Shown: piece after piece, positions 1-11,211 of the stretch
How positions within the stretch are numbered: position 1 is the first letter of the stretch
How the letters are laid out: each line of letters opens with the position of its first letter
Origin: Octopus sinensis
Lineage: Eukaryota
NCBI RefSeq assembly: GCF_006345805.1
Contig: NC_043008.1
Span: forward strand, 45,756,001 to 45,820,000
Length of the DNA: 64,000 nt
Direction of reading: 5' to 3'
The notes under the pieces: model-generated
Database searches by the model: none
What the model saw: only the letters and a program-made list of their open reading frames with translations
Told to the model about the DNA's origin: nothing
Position numbers and translations under genes: made by a program

Positions 1-35
1 GTGTGTGTAGATACATATATGTATATACATATATA

Positions 36-1035
36 ACTTTGATAGGCTTCGGCCAGTATAGGCCTAGACCATGTATAACTTAATAGCACCACCTGGTGAA
101 GTCTTTTAGTCGTATATGGGGCATAATAGCACACTGTAGCAAAGAGGTATCATTGCTGGAGGTTTTTGAAGAAATTTGTCCAGTGAATGTGAATTTTATG
201 AGAACCGTTTCCATTTTGACGTATTTTAGTATGGTATTAAAGAGACCTCGACCGGTTGAGAAAAAGTAATTGTGACGTAACGTTTCTATGTGCACCGAGT
301 TCGATTTTTGTAATGGGCGGAAAAGCACGGGGGCCAAGTCTGGGATGGATCTTAAAATTGATGCCAACATCATTTGTGCAAAATTGATAGAATGTTTTCA
401 ACATAGCACAAATGATGTAGCGAACCCGGCGGCGTTGGTGAGAGTAGAGATTGAGTCTTTTAGTCGACCCCAATAATCAATGCCTCTCATGCCGTCTGTC
501 TTCCTTGTTATGGACCTCTGGAGTGATTCTACTTTCATAATATGTTGCTTCGTATGGGGGAACTACATTGGGCAAAAGTATTCGAGGTGGGATCGGGCAA
601 AAGTAGAGTAGAGAAGGGTGATGGTGTAGTCATCTCTAGACCGGAAAATTCTCAGAATCTAGGACCATATCTTGCGGGCCAAGTCAAATCTTGCTGTTTA
701 CATGGGAACTCCAACTTAGATTATTATCAACAATTGCTCCAAGATCTCTGGATAACACTAGGGAGTCGCTCGAGGGAAGACTATATTGTAATTTACTCTT
801 TCCCAAAGTAGATCAAATCAAACTTATCTTCACTTAAAAGCATATTGTTTTTCTCTGCCCATTGGACAACAGCAAACAGATCTGACGGAAGGCGTGTTCG
901 GTCTCTTATGCCGTTTATAGCTTTCTGGAGTTTGGAATCATCTGCAAAGATTTTCAATGTATATCGTCAGATATATGTCAGTGAACACACAGACAGACGT
1001 GCAGAATGACTGCAAACCACAATTCCTGATCTTCC
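36..1035 (-). mobile_element. CR1-clade LINE, degenerate 3' fragment (RT C-terminal half and 3' UTR)
   Basis: The minus strand reads KIFADDSK near 930 and ends ...LKDFTRWCY* at 80, matching the ...LKDFARWCY* end of the 13554 ORF. The 3' UTR matches 13494-13553. Confidence 0.85.
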
Positions 1036-1584
1036 TATTATATCAATTTATATCAATTTGTATCAATATATAAAAGATACAGTCCTAGTTACTAATAAAG
1101 GTTAGGTTAAAAACGGTGTCAAAAAAGATTATAAAATCTTTTTTAACAACTTGTTGAAACAGATCTTATATGCTTAAATATTTTTCATGTATATTTATAG
1201 ATCCGCATAATTTGCCGTTCCTATAGGTCTATTATGATTTTAATATTTTTGGTGTAGCTGTTATTTTGAAAATTTGAGTATTGTTTCGACGTTGAGCTTT
1301 TAAATGAGAGATGCATTGGCTATATTATAAAACTCATTTTGGCTCGGATTATATTGTAACGCTCTACAATTGTCGAATATATCTAATTTGTCATCTTTAA
1401 CTTGAAAAAAAATACACACACACACACACAGGCTGCGTGTTGTGTTCTTGAGCAAGACACTTTATTTCACGCAAATCCGGAGTTTCTACCTTTAAAAACA
1501 AGGAGTTGCCTTTTTATTTGTGTGATCTTTTGATACCCTGGTAACTTTTTATCTATTTTTCCGTGTTAATTGTTAACAAGGGAA

Positions 1585-1629
<45 letters not shown>

Positions 1630-2322
1630 ATACTTACACGCATTGATCATCTACGAGACTGATATCAGAGTAAATTCTTCGATATTCTGTAACCGTGTTG
1701 GCACTTTATCCATTATAAACACGAAATATAAAATGCCCAGAGTCTGAGAAGAATATCCTCATTTTTTGGCTTGAGATGTAATACAACTGAGACTGTACAC
1801 TATGCTGCAATTTTGTTTTCATCTCTGTTTATTTCGTCACGTTACCATCGCTATATTACTTACTTGGAATCACAGTAATATTATTTGCTCCATTCCTATT
1901 AGTTTTCTTCTTTGCTTCACTTATCTTCTTTTTGTTCTTTCATTTACAATAAAACTGACACCATTATATCATTCAATAAACCGTATATATAATTTTTTCT
2001 TATATTTCTTATTACTTTTTATATATCTTTGTATATCTCACACGTTATATTGAATTTACTTCTCCTCCAACGTCTTTGATCAATACAAACGTTTTGATCG
2101 CAGTACTTATATCTTAGATTCAATATTTATTTTAGTCTCAAGTGAAATGACGCCTAATATCTGGTTTGTGTATATTACCAGAGAGAAAACGCTATTTACA
2201 AAATGTGTCTCAGAAATGTATTTAGTTTTCATGTAATATTCGTGTATTTGTTCGCAATTGCATTAACTGTTTTGTTCTGCAGAGAAATGTGAGATAAGAA
2301 AGATATTTATTCGATAGACTAT

Positions 2323-2371
2323 ATATATATATATGTGTGTGTGTATACATATATACGTATATGTATGCGTA

Positions 2372-2429
<58 letters not shown>

Positions 2430-2545
2430 TATATTATATATATGTATATACATATATATATGTGTGCATGTATGTATACATACATACACAGCCACATACA
2501 CACACACATACATACATACATGCATACATACATATATATGTATGA
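2323..2545. repeat. Compound (TA)n/(TG)n/(CA)n microsatellite
   Basis: Read directly from the sequence. Confidence 0.95.
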
Positions 2546-3467
2546 GTTCAAACTTAGAGAAAACAAAAGACGAAGACAGACGTAAGAACAACAAGAAGGT
2601 GCATTACTTTAACGTTCGCTAAAAATGGAAATGTCTTTTACGCGTCCAGCCTACGCTCTGCGGCAGAAGGGTTTAAGAGAAAAAAACTGGAGAGAAAATG
2701 ACACGGAGAGAAAAAACTGTGTAGAGGACAACGGTTGAACATAGCATATTGACTGGAAAAAGTAGGTTGAATGAATGAGAGATCGTAATAAGAACGGTAA
2801 TGTTGAACCCAACCAACTAAGGTGCGCAAGCATGTATGTGCCTATGAGAAGGATGTGTGTGATTGTGTATGAGTGAATGGGTGCAAGCGTGTGACTGTGG
2901 TGTGTTCTGTGTAGCAGATGATGTGTGCACATGTGTATCTGTATGTCTATGAGGAAAATGTGCATGTGTATAGTCTATGCTTATCTGTTTATGAGTGTTG
3001 CTTGTGTATATATTGTGTCTTCGAGTATTATGTGATTGTGTGGGTGTGGGAGTGTGCATGATGGAATGTGGGTTTGTAGATAATGGTGTGCAGTGTAGGC
3101 GCTTAGAAGTGGTCGGTGCTAGTTTGTGTGGAGTGGGAAGGTGTTGTAGGTGTATGTGTAATCGTGTGAGTAGTGAGTAATGAGTTCTGCAGTGTGTATG
3201 GGTGTATATGTAGTGGTGCGTGTGTTGTGAGGGAACCGAGGTAGGTGGAATACAGTTGTGTAGGTGGAGGGAGCTGTTGAATGTAGGAGGTGTGTGGGAA
3301 GCCGGATGATGTTGGTGTCAGATGAAGAGAAGAAGTGAGTTGAGCCCATGAGGCGCAAGGAACGAAGAGAGATTATATATATATATATATTGATATTAGG
3401 GAAGGTATTTCCGAGTCCACAGGGGAGACAAGTTCAATTTAGTGGTACTAAAATGAATTATACTCTG

Positions 3468-3538
<71 letters not shown>

Positions 3539-3583
3539 GTATAGGTTTAAGAGACAGAATCACCTTCAAGCAACTCAATCATG

Positions 3584-3799
3584 ATTGAACGACATTATCC
3601 ATGATAGGTACATATAGGATTAAATATTAAAAAATCATCAAAATTAATACCTTCAATTCTTATTCTAAATCATATAATTTACATTATACGCGTGTAGTTA
3701 TATAATGTAAAGTATATGATTTGTAATAAGAATTAAAGGTATTAATTTAGATATTTTAATATTTAGTCCTATATGTACCTATCGTGGATAATTTTCAAT
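3584..3799. repeat. Imperfect long inverted repeat (about 95-bp arms, short spacer)
   Basis: ttatccatgataggtacatataggattaaatattaaaa...tacattata is mirrored by tataatgtaaa...ttttaatatttagtcctatatgtacctatcgtggataa. Confidence 0.85.
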
Positions 3800-3855
3800 G
3801 AGGCATGAGGATGGTTCTGTCTCTGAAACGTATCCATCTATCTATCTATGTCTCC

Positions 3856-3920
<65 letters not shown>

Positions 3921-4229
3921 GCATTTCTATACATGCATGCGCATGCTCACATGCAGCAGGTCTTCCGTTAAAATCAGGTGTGAACAGTCAATGGCAGATA
4001 TGCTGGTGCAACTCTTGCTAGTTTGTATTTTAATTTTGTTGAGATCCATATTTGAAATCCTTAACAAATCTCAGACATGATCCCATCCGTTGTTCTTAGC
4101 ATTGTAACAGCCCACTGCCTGGCACTGGTATGGTTTTGTTTATTTTTCTAGCTTCACCCCATCACTGACTCAAATATATCTCCACGGTGAAAATACAAAA
4201 TACATTTAATCCAACCGGAGCTCATCTAT

Positions 4230-4654
4230 CCATAATAAGCGGCATTCAGATGTCCCCAACATCGACATTACCTTCTTAAGTAGAATTTTAAATTGAAAAA
4301 ATGAAGCTTTGATATATTTCAAGGCTTTATTTCTTCAAACGGTGACCTTTGTGCTGCCTTTTCATCTTGGGAGAAGAAATGGAATTCCGCACGTGCTAAA
4401 TCGGGCGAATAGGAGTGGGGTGAGTAAGCGATATCATGTTTTTGACGAGAATTTCACGAGTGTGGAAAGCTCTATGACAGGGTGGATGGTCATCGTAAGG
4501 AATGGAAGTCGTCGCGCTTCACAGATCCGGCCGAATATCCTCTCCCAAATCGCTTCAAAACACACAAATTTCACAACTTGCGAAGTAAACGCTGCTATCT
4601 GTCGGCACGCTACAGAATTCCTTATTTCCGGGTACTTTTTGATATTACCTCGTA
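4230..4654 (-). mobile_element. Internally deleted mariner remnant with one TIR
   Basis: The minus strand encodes HSYSPDLARAEFHF, similar to the mariner YSPDLAPSDFHLF motif. The terminus TA-cgaggtaatatcaaaaagtacccgg is a mariner-type TIR. Confidence 0.7.
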
Positions 4655-5389
4655 TATATATATATATATATAAATTATCTTGAAACAGAACATGTATAAG
4701 AATACTGAATTAATGCTAAAATGTGGGTTACGTATTGTGGTCGAAATCCTGTGGGGATATTAACCTTTGATACTGATATAAAAAGTCCATATCACTCTTA
4801 GTGATAATTCAGCAATGAAATCAGATAGGTTTGCTAATCAATAGGTTAGCACCTTAAATGACAGGCTGACACCCACAGAACTTTCCTATTGTGCGCAAAC
4901 TAGATGTCACCTACAGCCTCCGTTGCTTATGTCTTTTCGTCAAGCAAGTATCTTTCGATTTCAGTAGGACTATGTTGATTTTCTTCAAGAAAAAATGAAA
5001 AAAAAAATCGGCACACTTCCTACATATACACACACACACACGTACATAAACATACATATATATCACGTGATCGCCAGAATATGAGATGTTCTACATCGCT
5101 GGTCACAATGCACTTTGCATCGTTTTAGCATTTTGAATAAAGCCACGCTACTGGCTAAGTGAGGAGGTCAATATTCCACCTGATCGGAAGGCTATTCTCT
5201 CACAGTTACCCATTTAAGTAACCATTTACAGCTGACTGTATTGAATCAACACGAAACGATGCGTTCATCTGTGCAACATCCTATCCATGCGCTTTCGCAA
5301 TCACACGTACACACACACACAATGTTCGGGCTAAATTTGGCGATTTTCTATGCCTTCATTTCTCAGGAATATCTTAGTGCATTGGTGAA

Positions 5390-6050
5390 CAGTCAATGTG
5401 GCATTAGAAGAAAGTCCTAGATGAGGAAAATGTTATTGAGATGGATGACTGGAAGCCATTTGAATATTGGAACAGAGTTAACTATGTCATAATAATTCTG
5501 GCCGGGTGTTATAATAACGACATCATGGCTGCTCTCGAATGCCCTGACAACACAGAAAAGGCTGCAAGATATGACATGGACTGATGAAACGGGGATTGTA
5601 AGAAACGGTCAGCTGCAAGGGTCACCCTAGTCATTCTGACAGAGTCCGCACGCCAATGTTCCACCCCAGATCCTTGAAGAGTTCCTTATACTGAATTCAG
5701 AGCGCTATGTGAAGATGCTGGACACTGTGGTTAAATCCTGACTGGAGAAGGTTGCTGCAGGAAGGCTGTATATGTGGTATCCAGATGATACCCCTTGCCA
5801 TATCTCCAGAAAGGTTCAGAACTAGTTGTTGGAGAAAAACTGTACAAATTTACCAGCTACAATTCCTGACCTCTTAATTGTCCCCATTGTAAATATACCA
5901 AACACCCACGCTGCCTGCAACATTATGTCCGATCTGTTGGCCAAGCTTCAAAAGGTATTCGAATATCTACACAGGGATACAGTGAAAAATGCACGTACCA
6001 GCTTTTGGCGCCATCTTCAGGCCATGGTTTGGCTACTTTGAGTAAACTTT
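5390..6050 (+). mobile_element. Degenerate Tc1/mariner transposase (maT/DD37D-like)
   Basis: Fragments read YVKMLDTVVKS*LEKVAAGR, ...DTPCH, KVFEYLHRDTVKNARTSFWRHLQAMV and GYFE*, with many stops and indels. Subfamily assignment is inferred. Confidence 0.75.
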
Positions 6051-6419
6051 TATTCCAAACGCTACTTTCGTATTTCCAGGATTATCCATTGTCTCTAAGT
6101 CTTCAAGAAGTTTATTAAACTGTAAGCCATGTTGTAATGATTTTGTTGTGAATTTCGTCTGTTTTCTATGGCTTGCCTTATTTGTTTATATATTTAAATT
6201 CGTAGGGTGATTAAAAATGTAATTAGACATATTGTATTGCGTTTTATTTATAGAAAATTTGTTTTAAGCTACAAATATTGTGTACATTGTTCAACATTTA
6301 TAATACATTTCACTTAAATGTGGCACTGCTAAGTGAATAGGTGTGATTGTATATAATTAACGTTCTCGTATTGAGCCATATCACTATGCTACAGAATAAC
6401 AAACACCATCTCTCTGTGG

Positions 6420-6498
6420 CAGTGGTTCCCAACTTGGGGTCCGCGAACCCCCCATGGTCCGCAAAGGCAATACTAGTGGTCCGTGAACTGAAGTCAAA

Positions 6499-6543
<45 letters not shown>

Positions 6544-6617
6544 ATAGGCATGTTAAAAGGGTCCGTGTGAAAATTCATTTAGATAAAAGTATGAGAAACC
6601 ATTGTTGGGAAACACTG
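6420..6617. mobile_element. hAT (Charlie-like) MITE with an internal (TA)n
   Basis: The TIRs are cagtggttcccaac (6420-6433) and gttgggaaacactg (6604-6617), with 1 mismatch. The 8-bp flanks ctctgtgg and ttctatgg match at 6/8 as a decayed TSD. Confidence 0.8.
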
Positions 6618-6863
6618 TTCTATGGTAAGAGACAAACGTATGGTATTTTGTTTCCTGCCAGAAAAGCATCGTCTTTCATGACTGTTTTTCACGATTAAAA
6701 ATTCATGCAAACTAGCAGTACACGTAGAAATTCCAGGTAAATACAAAACATCCAAATGGCTGTAGTCCGTTTGAAAGCGTTTATTCTGCATTATTTTTAT
6801 TAGCAGAAACATATTTCTCCTTGATAGGATTATAACTGAGGAAGTGTAGTCGGTGAGATATTG

Positions 6864-6950
6864 TGTGTGTGTGTATACACATACACATACTTATATATAT
6901 ACATACAAATATATATATATATATATACATACATACACATATATATACAT

Positions 6951-7016
<66 letters not shown>

Positions 7017-7275
7017 CACACATATATTATATATATATATATATATATATACATACATATATATATATATACATACATACACATATATATATATATTATA
7101 CATACACATATATATATACATACATACATATATATATATACATACATACACATACATATATATATATATACATACATACATATATATATACATACATACA
7201 CATACATATATATATATACATACATACACACATATATATATACATACATACACATATATATATATATACATACAT

Positions 7276-7312
<37 letters not shown>
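6864..7312. repeat. Compound (TA)n/(CA)n/(TACA)n microsatellite
   Basis: Read directly from the sequence. Confidence 0.95.
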
Positions 7313-7314
<2 letters not shown>

Positions 7315-7616
7315 GTGGAGGCGCAATGGACCAGTGGTTAGGGCAGCGGACTCGCGGTTGTAGGATCGCGGTTTCGATTCCCAGACCGGGTGTTGTGAGT
7401 GTTTATTGAGCGAAAACACCTAAAACTCCACGATGCTCCGACAGGGGGTGGTGGCGAACCCTCCTGTACTCTTTCGCCACAACCTTCTCTCACTCTTTCT
7501 CCTGTTGGCCTGCTCGCTTAGCCAGCGGGGTGGCGTCATTTGAAGGTTAAAACAATGCGAAGCGCATTGTGACCAGCGATGTATAGCAACATCTGATAGC
7601 CTAGTCGGTCACGGTG
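7315..7616 (+). mobile_element. tRNA-derived SINE
   Basis: It has A-box-like tggaccagtggttagg and B-box-like ggtttcgattccc. The same head occurs on minus at 33241-33596. Confidence 0.85.
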
Positions 7617-8219
7617 TTATATATAATACTAATTTCATTTCATACTAATATCTGGTCAAAATATCTGTGATGTTTTTGGGAGGTGAACTTGCGATAGGCG
7701 TCATGTAAAGCTAAATACTTATAAATATATCCTATATGTTTATCCTTAGATCATACCATAATTCAATGATCCAGTGCTTCGTGCGTTGTAGCTGGTGGCA
7801 GTCAATTCGTGCATCTCTTCTAAATCGTTTGGAAGGTTTTTTACACTGAGGCGTCTTCCAAGGCAAACGTCCATTGAATAACAATTTAAGGCTATGTTGA
7901 TTTATAACGATTATTGATATCTGTTCAAATGAAAGACATGATCTGTGTCGTAAATGTTTGAATCGCAGTCAATGATTGTTTCAAGGAAGTATCAAGAGCG
8001 ATATGATGAGAAGAAGGGGCGCGTTTACTAGATTCCATTGGCTTCAATACAAATCTTCTTTTAATTTACATATATGCGTGTGTATTCTCGGGGTCTTTGA
8101 GCTAAATTTGACAGTTTGCATAAAAAGAAAACACAATACCGCAACCAATAATAGTAATATTTTTAACAAAAAAAAACAAACTAGATTTTGACTGGAAGAT
8201 GACAGTCTACTCAAAATAA

Positions 8220-8800
8220 TACCCCCGCCACCTCAGTTTACACCACGGTTAGAGGATGGCCCTGCACACTGGCGCATGCATCTCTCACAGTGTCTCTGGA
8301 AAAATCTTTGAACATCTTGATCTTGGCCAACAGCTCAGCCTTAGTGCTGTAGGCAGATTGTTGTTGTAGGTGTCTTTCTCCACTGCGAACCATGCATAGT
8401 AATGCATGGACTTACAATAGGGGCAATTAGTTGGCCCAAAATTGTAGCTGGTAAATTCCTATAAATCCTCCGACCACTTCTGAATCTTTTCGATGGTGTG
8501 GCACGGAGCCGAATCTTGCTAACACACATGATCTTCCAGCAGTATTTCACTCCAGCATCTTCTCATAACCGGTTGAATTGAGTCTGGGACCCACTTCAAA
8601 GATGTTCGGTGGCATGCTGTCTCACATTAGAGGCACACACAAAACCGTCATACTTTGCAGGAGCTTTGATTTTTATGATGTCCATGTCAGTAACATGGTA
8701 GAGATTAATGATGATGAATTTTGGGGTCGAGTCAGTCTCATGCTACTCTGAGTTCCATCCGTTGACATGCAGAATCTTCAGTCACCTTGTGACCTAAAGA
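8220..8800 (-). mobile_element. Second degenerate copy of the Tc1/maT-like family at 5390-6050
   Basis: The reverse complement aligns with 5640-6040 (tttaccagctacaatt; ttggccaag/ttggccaac; gggatacagtgaaaaatgca versus gagacactgtgagagatgca). Confidence 0.7.
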
Positions 8801-9284
8801 ATGGATGAGTTTGTACATATCTCTGTGGCTATATTGTTTTTATTACAGGGGCGATGGTGGGGGAATAATCTTCATTTCCTTTTTACCTTTCTTCCATCCG
8901 GTTTCCTTCTTTTTGTCCTACTTTTCCCCCACAAACACAGCCAACAATTAGAAAATAATAGATAAATGTGCTAACCCCATTATTTTTTCCCAATTGCAAC
9001 TTGCTTGAAGATCCTCACTACCGACAACACAACCTCAGAATAAGAACCCTCTGACGCGACCAAAATAATGTACCTGTGAGTGTATAGGTTTATATTTTAT
9101 GCAAGGTGCATATCTTCCTTGCACATGTTCAGTCCAGGGCTGGACGGAAGGATCAGCATGTTCTCTCCACCGACCACCGTCTGATGTTTTCCTTATCCAT
9201 TTTTGTGTGCCGGAGAATTTAACGAATTTAACTTCAGTGTAGTATTTTCCTCCTTTATTCGAGACGCGGTACCTATGTCTCAAT

Positions 9285-9516
9285 AGGCGGCGAGCTGGCA
9301 GAAGCGTTAGCACGCCGGCCGAAATGCGCAGTCGTATTTCGTCTGCCGTTACGTTCTCAGTTCAAATTCCGCCGAGGTCGACTTTGCCTTTCATCCTTTT
9401 GGGGTCGATAAATTAAGTACCAGTTACGCACTGGGGTCGATATAATCGACTTAATCCGATTGTCTATCCTTGTTTGTCCTCTCTGTGTTTAGCCCCTTGT
9501 GGGTAGTAAAGAAATG
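9285..9516 (+). mobile_element. Full-length tRNA-derived SINE with a 17-bp target-site duplication
   Basis: It is flanked by the identical sequence ggtacctatgtctcaat at 9268-9284 and 9517-9533. The head has A/B-box-like motifs (gagctggcagaagcgttag; gttcaaattcc). Confidence 0.9.
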
Positions 9517-10254
9517 GGTACCTATGTCTCAATTTGCTTTCCCTTCAATTCTTCTAAACACTTGTCACACGAAAGACCATTACAATGTTTTTTTCTTTTC
9601 CAGATACGTTAAATCTGGTGTCCCTCTTATTCTGCCGTTTCTCCTCTTGCACATTTCCTTCCCGTGCCTTCTCCTGTTCCTGGTTCTTAGTGTTGATCTT
9701 AATTTACTTGCAATGCCCTTGTTGGTAGTTCATGTTTCCGAGGCATACGTAATAGTAGGCAACTTATACTGGTCGAAAACATTGTTTATTTTTCTTACAC
9801 CAGGACAAATTAATACTCATGATATGATTCAATTTGCCAATCAGATTCTATCCTGATTGTATTCGTCGTTCAATTTCTTTGGTGTAATATTTATCTTTTT
9901 AGCAGATTATTTGTCCAAGAAATGCGTATTGGATCACATGTTCAAATGTATTATCATCTATTAATATTTTGATATCAAAATTGGTGGAGAAGTCATACAA
10001 GGAGACACCAAGTCACCCAAACTATTCACATCTGTATCAGAAGAGGCGTTTAAAACGTATATTCATCGGTTGAATGAATAAATATGAAGGGATGCGTGCT
10101 AAATCATCTCAAATTTGCCGGCGATATTACAAGTTCCAAGAGCATTAAAGAATAAACAGAAATGCTCAGAGAACTAAAAGAAGTATGTGGACTCAGAATT
10201 AGTGTGTGTGTACGTAAATGCATGCATAGATACATACATACATTCATATATACA

Positions 10255-10830
10255 TACAGTAAAATCAGTAAAATGTGACAATCGATGCAGAGTTTGTGGA
10301 GTTCACACTGAAGATATCACCCACATTATAAGCAATTGTCCTAATATGTCATCTCGTTATTATCTACCGATGAGACGTGATGTTGTAGCTAGTACACTCT
10401 ATAAAGAAATCCGTCGGAAGGATAACTCCGAGGACAAAGAAATAAGAACCCACAGCATCCTAGATGCCATAGCCACTCATAATAAAAAGGAGTACTTGTG
10501 GACTGTCCCAGCGAAAATCCCTATAGAATTTAAGCATAACAGACTTGATATAATGATTCGGGATAGAGAGAAACTGTGCACAGTTGTGGAAATTCGCAGC
10601 CCAGCGGATGTTAACAAAGCTGAAGACACCTACGCTGAACTATTGAGAAATGTGCAGTTACTCTATCCAGATTGCAAGTTCAGATTCATACCTGTAATTA
10701 TTGGTGCCCTGGGATATGTAACACACTGCTTAAATACCAATCTTGAGAAATTAGAAACTAGAAAGGAGAAAGCTAATTCGAAGACTGCAGATCCAGTCCA
10801 TCACTGGAACCGTAAAAGTCTATATAACTT
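10255..10830 (+). mobile_element. 3' part of an RLE-type non-LTR retrotransposon (R4/Dong-like; NeSL not excluded)
   Basis: A CCHC finger CRVCGVHTEDITHIISNC is followed by RRDVVA (compare RHD), NRLDI...VEI (PD-(D/E)xK-like), YAEL and IPVIIGALG. Confidence 0.8.
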
Positions 10831-10984
10831 TCCTGAAGTTTATCATTTAAATATATATGAGCATGTCTAGATATGCAACTCTATGCATGAGAATACATAA
10901 ATAAAACATACAAATCTGCATACATATATACATACATAGATACAAACACAAATACCCTGTTGATGATGTTAGGTTAGAAACTGG

Positions 10985-11210
10985 TTCTTTATTGGGAAGA
11001 AATCGTGAAATAAAACTGGGCAATTGCATACACACACATACAGATACATACACACACATACAGATACATACATACAAATACATACATACACACACACATA
11101 CAGATACATACATACAGATACATACACGCATACATACAGATACATACACACATACAGACACACACATACATACATACACACACACACATACACACACACA
11201 TACATACATA
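10985..11210. repeat. (CA)/(TACA)/(GATA) compound microsatellite
   Basis: Read directly from the sequence. Confidence 0.9.
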
Positions 11211-11211
11211 C

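Noticed and set aside
1640-2230. Possible Penelope GIY-YIG or terminal region
   Set aside because: No convincing motif appeared in manual translation.
5581-5612. CTGATGA...GAAA spacing
   Set aside because: It lies within a transposase remnant and has no supporting stems.
7315-7395. tRNA gene-like sequences (also at 33520-33596, 46300-46365 and 56594-56660)
   Set aside because: No full cloverleaf forms, and they continue into repeated SINE bodies.
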